Source: Utricularia gibba (lineage: Eukaryota; Plantae; Magnoliophyta). From it: DNA of 64,000 nt. The notes beneath the pieces are model-generated. The model was not told where the DNA came from and made no database searches. It was given only the letters and a program-made list of their open reading frames with translations. Location: the NCBI GenBank assembly GCA_002189035.1, contig NEEC01000023.1, positions 558,001 to 622,000 of the forward strand, read 5' to 3'. Position numbers and translations under genes: made by a program. This document shows, in pieces, positions 39,401-56,058 of the stretch (the first letter of the stretch is position 1; every line of letters starts with the position of its first letter).

Positions 39401-40815
39401 GGTCAAAAGGGAAGGAGTAATTTTAACTTTTGTGGATGTTTTTTATGGTTCAAAGTCTGACATCTCAGACAAGGTTATTCTGCAGGATGTGGCTGTAAAG
39501 GTTCTAATGGAACAAGATTTCCATGCCGAGCGGGTCAGGGAATTCCTACAAGAGGTTGCTCCCATGTCATCTATTTTAAACTTTCTTTTTTTTTTAGTTT
39601 TGTTGAATACGAGCCGTTAAAATAGGTAGCGATCATGAAAAGATTGCGCCATCCCAATATAGTGCTTTTCATGGGTGCCGTTACAGAGCCACCTAACTTG
39701 TCCATAGTGACAGAATACCTTTCAAGGTGCCCTTTCTCAATCCAATCTTCCTATTCTAATGTCATGCTTGTTCTTATTCCTCATTTGGCATGTCGTGTCT
39801 TAATACTAAGCTCTTGGGTTTAGGGGTAGTCTCTATAGGCTTTTGCATAAACCTGGAGCACATGAAGTTTTGGATGAAAAACGCCGTCTGAATATGGCTT
39901 TTGATGTGGTACACACTCAACCTACTTCCAGCATGTCAGAGCAAACGTTGTCCGATATTCTGAATGATATTCTTTTTGTCCAGGCCAAGGGTATGAATTA
40001 TCTCCATAGGCATAACCCTCCTATTGTTCACAGAGACTTGAAATCTCCAAATCTTCTAGTTGATAAAAAGTACACAGTGAAGGTGAGAACAGGGGGGTAT
40101 CTTCAACATGTGCAATTCCATGTCTGAATATCTGCATCCTTGCATCTGAAATTTCTGTTCTGTTTCAGGTCTGTGACTTTGGTCTTTCTCGTCTAAAGGA
40201 GAACACATTTCTTTCATCCAAATCCGCTGCAGGAACTGTAAGTACATTTGTCTTGGAAGTTATACTAAAGCTTCCTGCTGCTCTATTAGTATGTCAAGTA
40301 TGAACAAGCTTCTATACGTTGTCATAGCCTGAGTGGATGGCACCTGAAGTTCTGCGTGATGAGCAATCAAATGAAAAATCTGATGTGTACAGTTTTGGAG
40401 TGATCCTTTGGGAGTTGGTCACCTTGGAGCGGCCATGGGATAACCTGAACGCCCCACAGGTTTGAGTGTATCGTATCTATATATACATGTAATGAAGAGA
40501 GATAATGAACACAGGCAAATGTTTGGAATTCATCACTGTTTTAGGTTGTTGCAGCCGTTGGTTTCAAGGGAAAAAGACTCCAAATCCCACCTGACATCAA
40601 CCCTCAAGTTGCAGACATGATCTCCTCCTGCTGGGCCAAGTGAGTGAAACGAATCTTCAACTTCCCCTTGACATTTGATTATTCGTGTGATTCAAAATGG
40701 CAGCGAGCCCTGGATGCGGCCTTCTTTTTCGAACATAATGGATTCTCTGAGACTGCTGATTAAATCAACACCAGCAGCGCAACCTGTTGCTGGTAGACTA
40801 CAGATGGAACCTTGA
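36498..40815 (+). CDS. CTR1: CONSTITUTIVE TRIPLE RESPONSE 1 Raf-like kinase
   Basis: [13 protein letters not shown] start, [20 protein letters not shown] box [11 protein letters not shown], kinase motifs [20 protein letters not shown] and DFG; all exons in phase. Confidence 0.96.
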
Positions 40816-41426
40816 AACACAGCAAATTCACTGTAATAACTCATGGAGCTTTGACTTGGGGAGCAAACAGTTGGATTGATTGCCAGGTTTGTTCACTCTC
40901 CCTGCACTTCTGGAAAACATGATGTCGTTATGCCTGTTCATATGCTCAGGACAAAATATGGGATCTTGATGATGAAGCCTGGAGTCCCTTTGAGTTGCTT
41001 CTGCTATATATTCTCCCACTGGTGATATACCACATGCCTTCAAATCCTGGCCCTCGACTAAATTGTGATTAGAAGCAGACCCTTCTGATTAGCGTGGTGA
41101 TTAGTGTAAAACATTGTTCATTGAACCATTCAAACCCGTGTTTTAAAAATGAGTTAAATTCAGATTAATAATTTTTAATTATATTTTAAAATATTTTTAA
41201 AAAATAAAAATTATTGAAAATGGGGTTAAAAAATCGAATACAAATGATTGAGTTTTTGTCCCAAATCACTCGATGTTCATTTAATTAGGTGAGATTTATT
41301 TAATGATGGAGACAGTTTCGTACAGTAAAATACCATGAAAACAAGTTGCAGAGGCGAGCGCACACAGCCTGAGCACTAAATCTGAATGAAACGCAAGCAG
41401 AGAAGAAGCATGCACGATCTCGAAGA

Positions 41427-43256
41427 TCAGAAGCCGGATCCCCAGTGGTGATGATGATGATTACTGTGACTGCCGATGCTCATAGGGAGTCCCACTCCTC
41501 CTCGCTCGCTTGTATCGCAGTACAAACTTCCCCCGACATTCTCATAGCAAGAGCCACTTTTGGGGTTCTCATTCTCCTTTCTCTTCTTGCCCCCGTTGGC
41601 ATTCAATGAATCCCATTTCTCTTTACACATGAGTGCACTTCTCACATACCCGAAACTCCCCATTCTTCTGGCTACTTCTTCCCACATAGCCTCATCGGGG
41701 ATCCCGCTTTCAGCGCCGAGTTTCAACCCACTTCTCAAGTGGATCAGTTTGGTCACTTCATCGTCACTCCACAGGGCGGTGTTGAAGCTTCCGCTGGTTG
41801 CTTTCCCGGGCATGAAGTCCATGTACTTGTTGTGTTTGCTGGCAGCTTGATGGAATGCTTCCATCAAAGCGGTGTCCCTTGCTTCGATCCAGGCTTTTTC
41901 TCCGGCCCAGAAGCTGTGCTCCCTTTCGATCCTTGCGGCGTCTTGCTTCCTCCAGTTTTCTTCTCTCAGAATCCTCTCTTGCTCCTTGACTTCGATGGTG
42001 TTCATCACTTTCTCCATCCAGGCCTCCTGCTTCTCCATCAGCTTCGTCATTTGCTGGTTTATGAAGCTCATGATTTTGCCCTTTAGGCCCTCTTTTGTTT
42101 CTTCCCCTTCTGATCACCACCGCTTGCAGCTTCACCTTCTTCTTCTTCTTCCCTGGGATCGCTCTCACCAGAAGAAATCTCAGCCGAGTCACCGCAGTTT
42201 GAAGCGTTGTTGTTGTTTGGTGCTGAAAAGGGAGTTCCTTGATTGATAGCTAACGAAACATCGTCGTTGGGGAATCCTTGTCTGAAATTTCCTCCACCAT
42301 GGAAATGGCTTGCGTCTGCTTCTGAAGCAGATTTGCTGGTTTCACCATAGAGAGCCTCCAGCTGCCTGAAAAACCGGTAATGCTTCCCATCTTGCCTTCT
42401 GCTCTTACCCTCCTTCGTTTTCTTGTAGTACTTGTACAAATTCTCGAACTTTTCTCTGCACTTCTTGCCACTCCTTTGATATCCATACTCTTCCGACATT
42501 ATCCTGCAGCAACAACAGCAAAAAGAAAAAACAGCCCTAGTTTAACCCCAACCATTAGCTTGAAAGTGATCTTCTTCACAGAGTTCCATTCTTCCATAAA
42601 AAAACAAAAGAAACAAGCTTCTGGGTGAAAAAAACACAACCCTAGTTCCATGTGATAGTACTCAGAATGATTGGAGAAGAGAAAGTGTTGGATCTCAATG
42701 GATCAAGTGGTTACAGAAAGCTTAAGAAAAGGTATAGAAGAATTAGGGAATGTTGAAAAAGTTATCTGGAGAACTCTGAGTAAAAAGTAGGAGAAATGTA
42801 AGGGAAAAGAAGGTAACTTTGCAAGAGTTTGAGTGAATGGTTACTGAAAGTTTCTCAAAAAGTTGTTCTTGTGAGAATTCCTGAAAAGGGTTTTGAAATT
42901 TGCCTTGATACTTCATCCCAAAGGGGAGCTTTCTGGTGGTTTGCTTCTCTAAATTTGCTGTCCAGCCTTGTTCTAACTTCAAGGAGGCCAAGTGTCTCCA
43001 GCCTCGGCCACCGGCCAGCTCCGGCATCTCCTCCGCCGCTAGCATCTATTTCCATGCCACCCCCTCCAACTCCGGCAGGCAACGCCGTGCCGCTCATTCC
43101 GGATGTGTCGTGGCGATAAGCGAGCATATTTGGGTAAGGGAGATGGGGGTGGAGGTGTGGAGGCACCATGAAATCCGGTGCGAAAAATGGCCTACTTCCC
43201 GCGATGTACTGCCGTGGATCCGCCATGTTGTTGTATTCATGCTCCATGTCCCCCAC
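41427..43256 (-). CDS. PTL: GT-2 type trihelix transcription factor, PETAL LOSS-like, with one frameshift
   Basis: RWPRLETLGLLEVRTRLDSKFREAN..LWDEVSR/IMSEEYGYQRSGKKCREKFENLYKYYKKTKEGK, a coiled coil and a second trihelix. GC-AG intron 42903-42504; -1 shift at ~42088. Confidence 0.9.
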
Positions 43257-46110
43257 GCCGGTCGATCGGAAAAAAGGAGAAGATTTAAGAAGAGGAGAAA
43301 TGGGCAGACAAGATGTTGGGCCTCAACCATGAAAATGAACTGACGGAGAGTTCTCTTCTTCATCCACTCTACTTCACTGCCTAAATACTACACACTACAC
43401 ACACATATCATCACCATAATACGTTCATTCCTAATGTTTTACGTTTTTCCCATCTTTAATCGAATCGAAAAATATCATAATACATGAGCTTGTATTATAT
43501 GGCAACACATTCATTCATTTGCATCGCACCATGCCTAAGTTAAAACAAGACAAGGACACATGCCACACATAGACAAATGACACAGAGTGTGAAGGGAATT
43601 AAAATCATTTTTTATAACTATAATAATGTCAAGTTTAATAGGAATAAAAAGGGAATATTTCCTAATTAATATCTCTACTGCATTTGTAGTTGCCAATAAT
43701 TAATTATCTCATCTCTGGAAATTGATAGTCCACACATTACTCATTAAAAAAATCTTTAATTTATTATAAAGAACTTTCTAGGGTTTTCCCTAGACCATTA
43801 TATCAATTAAGAAAATATAATTTATGGTTTTTTTTATATATTAAAAATGGATCGTCAATTCTAAAATTAAAAATCATCTATCGCTAATGTTTCGATGGTC
43901 GATTTCGATTCCGAACCAATCAAGACTTTCTAACCACAATATAGTCGTTTACAAATGTGATCATACTTTATTTTTTTTCTCACATATTAATATAAAAATA
44001 TTAAAGATATTCATGTGGGAGAGAGGGAAGTGATGGGGTAGACATGTGGAGGAGTTAGTAGGGTTCGTGTGTAGGGTGGGGCTGGTACGACGTCGTTGGA
44101 TTGGGGGGCTTATCATGGTGCATTTCCTTTCCCATTCTTACCCTCCCACACAACCGCGTCTTTGACCGCTCCTTTGACGGTCCTACCACCCCCATGGGTA
44201 ATTCTGACATTTCGCGTTTTGAATGTAAAAACCTTATCTTTCACCCTGCTCTTACCGTTTACATTCACTCGTCTCTCGTACTACAACCTACACAAGACAT
44301 GCAACGGGTGCGCACGACACACTCACTCCACTGTGGGTGAATGTGTGAATTCGGTTCGTATCCTATCCTATGATGTCGACGACTATTTCGGTTCCGATTT
44401 CGGTTTGGGTTCGGTTCAATAAGGGGTTGTGTTGGTATGGTGTGTGGGATGCTTCTTGGTTTGTTTGGTAGCGAGATGGAGAAATGACGTGGGATCTGAA
44501 TCAACGGGGTGTGAATTGTGATGGATGTTCCAGATGTGTCTGGCGCATTGGTCCCCGGCGCAGGCTGATCCAGGTGCTGCAGCCCTTACGTACCGTCGCC
44601 GGCTGGCGATCGACCACTCATACCGCCCTGAGTTTCCCCTCCTGTGCGGGGTGCATTGCACCTCCCTGCACCCTATCACACACATAACACCCACCCCATC
44701 AACCACATGATTTCCAGTTAATAATAGTTCCATTACAAGTCATTTGTAATTGGTCAAGAATAACATCTTCCTTATAAAATCAACATTTAATCCTCAATTC
44801 CAAAGAACATGACTCCCATTTTTCAAGCTATTTACAAATATAGTCATCCTTCTACACTCTTTCACATACACTAAGTCAAAATTAGAAAAACTATTTTTTC
44901 ACATACTTCACCAAGTATGAACAAATTTATAATACATTCCCCATTTTTCTATACATTTTTTTAGTGTATCTATCCACATTTACATATTTAATCTTGTATT
45001 TGCATATATTTTCTAACTCCTCAAATCAACTTATTTGAATCATTTACCATTCTTTCAATTTCAAATAACTAACATATGAGAGAAAAAGAAATCCAAAGTT
45101 TTTTTTTTTTTTTTTTACCATTCCATTAAATTTGTAGGAAGGAAAAAAAAACTTATTTGAGATGGACAGGACATGCGTGTGTGGTAGCTCTCATACATAA
45201 AAGAGACAAAGCTGCAATATCATTCAAGGGTTGGATCACTCCAGCCTCCAGGTCAAGCGAGCGCATGTAATCTGAGTCATTCACAAAGGCTGAGTTGAAC
45301 CCATCATCATCGCATCGCCCTCCCAGTAAAAGAAACAAAAAAAAAAAGCCAACCAGAGATGCCCCGCAGGACCCTAGATTATACTTTTGTAAAAATAGGA
45401 TAAATTAGAAATTTGGCCATATATTACACATTATGTGAAAAAAATAATTCTTCTGTATGTTTTTTTTTTTTTTTTTTTAAGAGAAAATATGGCAGTATTC
45501 ACTTTTCTAAATGACCCGTAAAATAATACATTTTGTCCTCATTATCTAGTGACAATGGTATGTTTAGTAATACTATTTGGTGTATTGGGCATGTCCGATT
45601 CCCAAAGTTTGACCTATCTAGTAAAATTAATCTTAATGTTTTGTGACTAAAATCAAACATACTTGATTTTTACTATTTAACAATTAGGTATATTTAATTT
45701 TAATTATTTTATTATTTGAAAAGGTGAAATTAAGGGAAAAAAATTAAAATTTGATAATGGTGACTAATTTTGACCCTAATGAAAATAGAGTGGGAATTGA
45801 TTTTGACTGAATTTGAAACAGAAAAAATTAATTATATATGTGCTTTTAAATAATAGAAATGAACAATAATTACCAATACATATTCCAAGTATAAGTCACT
45901 AGGGGGTTACCATGGGTAGGAATGACTACCAGAAGAGGAGGAAGAAGAAGACGCCTGAGGCTGAAATCATGCGCATTCAACTCGAAGGTGTTGTCATGGG
46001 AGACATTTCCATGTTTACATAGCACATGAAGAGGAGTAGTTGTCGTTGTTGTTATGAAAACTGGGGTGAATTTACTCAACACGAAGCTGCTGCTGCTGCT
46101 GCTTCTTCAC

Positions 46111-48587
46111 TCAGAATAATTCGAACTCCAGCTTCTCTCCATTATCACCGTACTCGAGGAAGCTCTTCTCCTTCTTCTCCAACTGGACCGTCTCCGGAAC
46201 CTGTGGCGGGCTTGCCGTTCGTATAAGTGCCCAATTGAGGCCATGGAAAAAGAGGTGACGCTTGATCTCCCCTGCGCCAGTTCCGGCACCGAGCCGGCTT
46301 TCTGGCTCCTTCACCAGCAGGCTCCTGATGAGGTCCCTGGCGTGAAAGCTCACGATCGGGGTATCTGGGAACCTCAGGCTCTGCAGCACCACATTAGTCA
46401 ATGTTTCCTCGTTCCCTGCTCCCTTGAACGGCGTTCGTCCATATAGAAGCTCGTACAGAAGTATACCCAGCGTCCACCAGTCGACAGCGCTGCCATGACC
46501 TTCGCCTTTGATGATCTCTGGAGCCAGGTACTCGTGGGTGCCGACGAAGGAGTTGGACCGAGCCCCTGTTGGCTCGGCCACGAGCTGAGGCAATGACTCA
46601 GGTAGCAGAGAAGGGTCGCCCCTCGGCTTCCTTGCTCTGGATGAGTGTGGTGGTAGCCGTGGAGCAAAGCATGAGACTTTGCATGCAGGTCCGGTGCAGA
46701 AAGGATCGATGCAGCTCGAGCCTGCACACTGGCCTGAGAACCTTGGTGGCTCCAATTGCTTTGAAGAAGATTTGATCAACGTCGGGTTGACGGTGCATCT
46801 CAGGGAGAGATCGAAGTCCGTCAGCATTATATGGCCGTCGGCTCGGACCAGGATGTTTTCAGGTTTCAGGTCACGATACACGATCCCTAACATGTGCAGG
46901 TACTCCAGGGCGAGAAGGACCTCAGCTACATAGAATCTGTGACGAATGGATATTCAAACAGTCACTTGAATTGTATGATTCATAGAAACAGTAAAGATCG
47001 CCATTTTCATACCTTGCAGCCTCTTCAGAGAAATGTCGGCCAGGCTGCCGTTGCCGAAGGACGTGTAGGTCTCCGCCAGGACAAAACTCGAGAACCAGGC
47101 ATGATAGATTATCCGAGGTAAACTGAGCGTAAAGAGTAGGGAGAAACGGATGATCTAGCATCTTCAGGATTTCTCCCTCTGTTTGGGCACGAGACATCTT
47201 CTTCCGTCTCGCCAAGAACTCGTTATCCATGACCTTTATTGCAAAGTGGCAATTTGTTCCGACCAATTCAGCAAGATACACAGTGCCAATGTCTCCGGAA
47301 CCGAGTTTCTTCAACAAGCTAAAGTGACGCAAACCTAAAGAACCGCACTTTTCTATCACATGATTGATGGCTTTCCATCTTATGTCCTTCGCCATATGTG
47401 GCTTGTTGCTGCAATGAAAAATGCTCAGATTACTGTCATCACTGAGGCTAGTTGTGCTGCTGCTAAGATCAACACTGCTCTTCGAGCTCAAAGACATATC
47501 GCCTTTCCCATTTTTCTTTGAGGGTTTATCAGCTTTGATCACAGAAATGGTGCTAGAGGGATCCTTTCCAGAATCCTTATCAGTATCTCTCAAAGAACAC
47601 TGACATCTCTCGCAAATGATCAGCCCTGAAGAATGATCCTCACCTTTCTTCACTTCACGAGGTGTTTTTGAATGTCTGTCTGCTGATAGTGCAACTTTAG
47701 CTGCTTTCTTTATGACAATGCTCTTGGTCGTCACAATAGGCCTGAATCCCGTGACATATTTCTGGCTGAATGCAAATCCTTTTTTCCCTTGGCCTTTGCT
47801 GTAGATGCAACAACGGTTCGGGGCTTCCGTCTTCGCTTGTGGGCTGTTTTCTCAGCTGCCTCAGTAGATGTGGCCAAGTCATTACTCAGAACCTTGTTCG
47901 GCTCACCCTCAACCTCACTTTTGCTGAAATAATCTTGATCATTGCTTTCAGAGTGAGCAGAAGAAGACCAATGGCAACCCTTTTGCAACTCTGTTACCGG
48001 TGTAATGGATTCTGAGATGGATGCAATCTCCTTATGTGCAACAGTTGAACAGATGCTCTCAACCGTTTCATCAGCAGAACAAAGAGAATCTGGGGGTGCT
48101 GTGGAAGCATCTCCAGGCGCTAAAGAAATCTCTTTTTTTCGTTCTCCGCCCGCAAGTGGAGACTGACTATGTTCAACAGCTCGATACATACTACTGATCT
48201 TCCCAGTTTCTGATGTTCTTGGAGATGCAGGAATGGATGATCGCTTAATAGCAGCCATTTCCACTGCCTGGGAGACGCATAAGCCTCTCAGGGCTTGTTT
48301 AAGAGACACAGGATCAGAGAACCCAATTCCTGGAGAATAAGAACCTGCAGGTCTCATTGGCTTCTTCGAAGCACTTTTACTTCGATCAGGAAGATCAACA
48401 CTTTTGGATGTTCTGAGATTTAAAGTATCAAATAACTTGTTAAAATCCTCATCCAAGATAGTCTTGTGTCCAGTTCCCCTGAGAAGATGCTTCTGGTCTC
48501 CCCCAGTCCTCTGATCCGATCAGACCGAGAAACTGTAATCTTCTCATCCTTGGCCTCAATGATCTCGCAAATTCGAAACGATCCCAT
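46111..48587 (-). CDS. KIPK: AGCVIII Ser/Thr kinase, KIPK/AGC1-8-like, with two frameshifts
   Basis: [11 protein letters not shown] start at 48587, [29 protein letters not shown] motif with an activation-loop insert, C-terminal FELF; intron 47012-46937. Confidence 0.9.
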
Positions 48588-50257
48588 CACTTCGAGTACA
48601 AGTATCCTTCAATAACCTGATCTACTAGCACATAAGCCATCAGATTACGTAGTAGAACGCCTTCAACTTTAAAACGGTAACACACATAATGAGCTGAAAG
48701 CATTCAAACAACTCCATTTAAAACAGAATTAACATATCATAGAACCAGATAAGCCTCAGCAAAATCACTAATTCCTCTTACAGCAAAGACCCCCAATCCC
48801 ATTCAACGCCATCACCAAAAGTCAAACTTCATACAACTTTCCCACCACTACTTCAACCTCTTAAATTCAAAAAAAAAAACCCACAAAATCAAAGCTGCTC
48901 AATGGCAAAAGGAAGGAGGGCTTGTAAAAAAAGAAAAAAAAAAACAGAAGGGCGTTCACAAAACGTATCGAAGTCTAAAACCGAGTAAAAATTAGCAAAA
49001 GATGAAAGTCGTAGAGAAAAGAATTCACCTGAAAGAACGTGAGATCTAGGGCATTGACTCCTCCAGCAGAAAGAAGAAACCCAAAGAACTCCTTTTACAG
49101 ACCAAATCTCGCCCACCCAAAATAGCTTCCACTCGTAAACTCAGAATCCAAGCAGTACAAACCCCCCAAAAAACCGTTCTTTAATTGATTTTTGGCTCTC
49201 CCCAGTCCTAATTCTGTGGATGAGGGTGCTGTGAAAGAGGGACGGACGGAGAAGACACCAGCGTCAGTACACGCAAAAATTTACTTGTGTACCAGCATCT
49301 CCACTCCTTTCTTTTTCCCCGCCTCTCTCTTCTCCCTGGATATTGCTCTTCGGTTTCTGCTTTTTGTGTCATTTTATTATTATTATTGAAAATAATTCAA
49401 TTTCTTCGAGCCATCACTCTGTCTGGTAAAATGGGGACCACAGGGACCCACACGATTAAATTATTTTTAAATTGCATTAATGTATTATTTATTATTAATC
49501 CTCAATTTAACAGCTCCTATTTCCTTGCTTTATTAAAATAAAAAAACGAACCATCCAATCCAAATAACTAATTCTAAATATAAAAAATATATTTTTTTCT
49601 GATAAAAAAATCCACAAATTAAGTCATCGTAAGCCGAGAAATTGTTTTATAATTCAATTATTTTGCGTCAAAAAAATAATAAAAAATATAAAGTGATCGC
49701 GACCGTTCGATCAAAGGGGAATATCAAAAGAGATCCACAGAATCAGACAGTTGTTTCATTTTCCATGTTTCCTGTTTCCCTTTTTTGGGCCAATATTGGT
49801 GTTCATATTATTCAAAAATATTAATAAATCAAAAATATTTATTTGATTTTTTTTGAAAAAAAAAAATAAGTGTCGGCAGATTCCGACAAGATAATAAAAG
49901 CGAGGCAGCCCACGTCTCCAAACACATGCGTGAGATTTATATTTGCAGGCTGCTCCATTTTTTTAAATAAAAAATTATTATATTATTATGATGATAATTA
50001 TTATTACTCGAATTTAAAAAAAGTGTGTTAAAATAGGCGTTAATTGTAGGTGTGACACCTACCAGTAGGTGACCACGGAAATTTTTATTATTATTTTTGA
50101 TTTAATAATTATATTTAATTTATACAAAAAAATCGAAAATGAATAATTTTATTTCAACTGATCCAAAAATGCTTTAAAAAGCATTTACACGCAGACCTGC
50201 AATTTTTAAAGGCGATCGTGGGACTGGGGCCGGGAGTGGTCGCCGGTCGGGGTATTA

Positions 50258-50320
50258 GGGGGATGATGTGATTTCTTGGGAGAAGAGGGGGATGATGTGA
50301 TTTCTTGGGAGAAGAGGGGG
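50258..50320. repeat. 29-bp tandem duplication
   Basis: GGGGGATGATGTGATTTCTTGGGAGAAGA twice, followed by GGGGG. Confidence 0.9.
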
Positions 50321-51768
50321 CTGATTGCAAATATGTGCAGCTTGGGGACCTATTCGGAAAATATCAATTGGGAATCGAATTAACGAACCTAAACCCTAAA
50401 ACTAGAGAAAGAAAAACCTCATTAAATACATCATTAATGACCTTTACATTTGGGAAAAGGTCTAAAAAAGGAAGGTTCTTTAATTTTGAATATTTAAATT
50501 GGGATCTTCCCTGTTTTGGATAATTACCATTTTATCAATTCAAAAAATCTTTAAGAAATGGATGACAAATTTTGTAAATGACATAGTAGATGATAATGAA
50601 ATCAAGTATTGGATGGATCAATGAATATATGTAAGATCGAAATACATAGTAAGCTTAAATCACATTTGAAAATATAAGAATAAATTGATTATATGATCAA
50701 ATATATAAAAAATTATGTTTTAATTAATAATTAATTGAGTTTAATCTTTTTAAATATAATTTATACTTATTATGTATTTAAATTTCCAACTCATCAAAGA
50801 ATGAATTTTTAATTTGAATAGAGGAAACATGTGATTAGTTGGTGGAAGGCTAAACCCTTTTCACTGTATCTCATTGGTTTCGAGCAACCATGCAAGGTGT
50901 GGTTGTCTCTGTCGGATTTGAATGCAGCTGCTGCAGCAACTCCCCATCCGCCCCGATCGGGGTTTGCCTGATGGGTTCGTTTAGGGTGTTGGATGGTTCC
51001 CAGCCCATGAAAGCTCGAACTGGGGTGTGGTCATCGAGTAGCAGGCAGGCAGCATCGGCTAGCCAGAGTGGGAGCCATTAATAGCAGTAGGAGTAGCATC
51101 ATTATCAGTACAGAAACAGCCGGAGGAGGGAAATCGATCCACCGTCGGTGCACTGCACGGAGCGCAGCGTAGAGAAAAGAGGAGAAGCCTGTGACGAATC
51201 AGCGCCTACGTGAGGTCGGTGTTGAGCTGTTGACGGCACATGCGTGGCGTGGCGAATCAGAGAGGCGCAGCACCTGGTGCAGTGCCCGCCGAGGGACCAG
51301 CCATCCAGATTCCTGGCCACTCCCAGACAACCTTACAAATCCATAGGCAACCCAAGCATCTCAATAGTCCATAACTGGTTCCTGATACCAAGCTCAACGG
51401 ATTTCTGCAACCTGGCCGCTGGTACTGCAAACCCCATCGGAGGAGATGGTGCTGGTGACGTCGAAGCAGCACCTGGTCGGGGCTGGGAGGGGACCATGGG
51501 GCCATTGGCAGCAGATATCTATCTATCTATCTGATTCTGGGGGGGGGGAGAGATTGATTCCTTCTAACGGGGGAAAATGTTGGACAGTAGCTGCACTGCA
51601 TGCGATGGCTCGATAGATAAAAACAAAGAAACAATTGGAGGCAATGGAATGCATACAAGCTGCGGATGCAGACACTCCACTCCATGGATCCCGAGTCTGC
51701 ACCATATTTGACCGTTAGCTAGTATTGAATGCATTAATCCTATTATTGAAATTAGGAATATTGTAAAT

Positions 51769-52666
51769 GGGCTAAGTTTTGTTTCAATACAAACATTTGA
51801 AAAAAAATATATAATTCTATACTAATGTTTGTATAATGTGATTTTTGATACATACGTTGTTTAATTTTATAGATTTTACATATAAACGTTTTCAAAATTT
51901 TTATTTTGAAACTAATGTTTTGAAAAATAATATATTTTCGATACCAACGTTTTTTTGAAATTTTTTTTTAATACATATGTTTGTAATTTATCTTTTAAAT
52001 AAAAACACACATTTTAACACCTATATTATGAAAACAAACGTTTACTAATGGGCTTTTATTTCAGTACATATATTTAGCTGACCCATTCTCAAATTGAGAA
52101 ATGTAATATAATTAGGGTTCAGTTATTGCTAGCCACCATGATGAAATCCTCTGATTTTTGTTAGCCATCACGATCCATCACAAGCCACCCTAATTGTTGA
52201 CCCGTCGTCCTCTTGACCCATCACGATCGTCCTTATTTAGTAGCTCATCGCTCTCTTGACTCTGAGTCGATGTTCTCAGATTATGGGTTTTATTGATGGT
52301 AATTTTAGATTCATCTTCTTATATCATTCTTCTTTGAATCTTCTTATATTAATTGTTTTTAATATATTTTGTTCAAAATCATAATTTACAATAAACGCAT
52401 GTATCAAAAAGTATGTGTGAAAAAGCATTTGTATTGTTTTTTAACTTTTTTAAACAACGTATGTATTTAAACAATGTTTTAAAAAACGTTGATATTTGAA
52501 AATTAATATAATATTTGACGTTTGTACCAAAATAATATATTTTGAAACATTTGTATTGAATTTGAATAAAAAGTGAAACGTTTGTACCACAAAACTATTT
52601 TAAAAAACGTATATATCTAATTATAAGCAATCTTTGAAACGTTAGCATCAAAACGTATTTTTCCCC
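51769..52666. mobile_element. Non-autonomous Mutator-like element (MULE), ~900 bp
   Basis: Perfect 10-bp TSD TATTGTAAAT at 51759-51768 and 52667-52676; GGG...CCCC termini; long degenerate inverted arms built from ATAC-AACGTTT-like subrepeats. Confidence 0.75.
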
Positions 52667-53168
52667 TATTGTAAATCATGAAACCCTCGTGAAGTTTAAA
52701 TATATAAAAAATATAAATCATATTAAAAAAGATTAAATCTGATCAATTATTCATAATTTACAATTTATTATATATTTAATAGTTATAATTTCGAATGCCA
52801 ATATTACATTATTTGTTCTAATATCTCTTACATTACACTGCCAAACATTAATTGCACTTGTATGATTGATATAAGTTTTTAAATTTTAAGTTATAAGATT
52901 TTAAAATAAAACAGGGTTTGTAGCTTTAAATTTATAATACGTCTCGGTTATGTTAGATGTAGCTCTATAGAAGTATTTGGATTGTAGTTTTAAAAACAAG
53001 ATATTCTTCTTTCCTTATTGAGCCTCGTGTGAAGCCCAAATAGAATTTACTGTTGGGCTTCATTTCGAGCCCAATTCTTGTAAATGGATTGCTTTTTATT
53101 AATAAATATTTTATTTATAGATAAATAAAAAAGAATAATAAGAGAAAGGAAGTATACGGAATGCCTAA

Positions 53169-56058
<2,890 letters not shown>

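Noticed and set aside
41560-42246. Plus-strand ORFs over the PTL-like gene
   Set aside because: Antisense shadows of the real CDS
45153-45338. 61-aa minus-strand ORF in intergenic DNA
   Set aside because: Non-ATG start, no recognisable motif and no splice context
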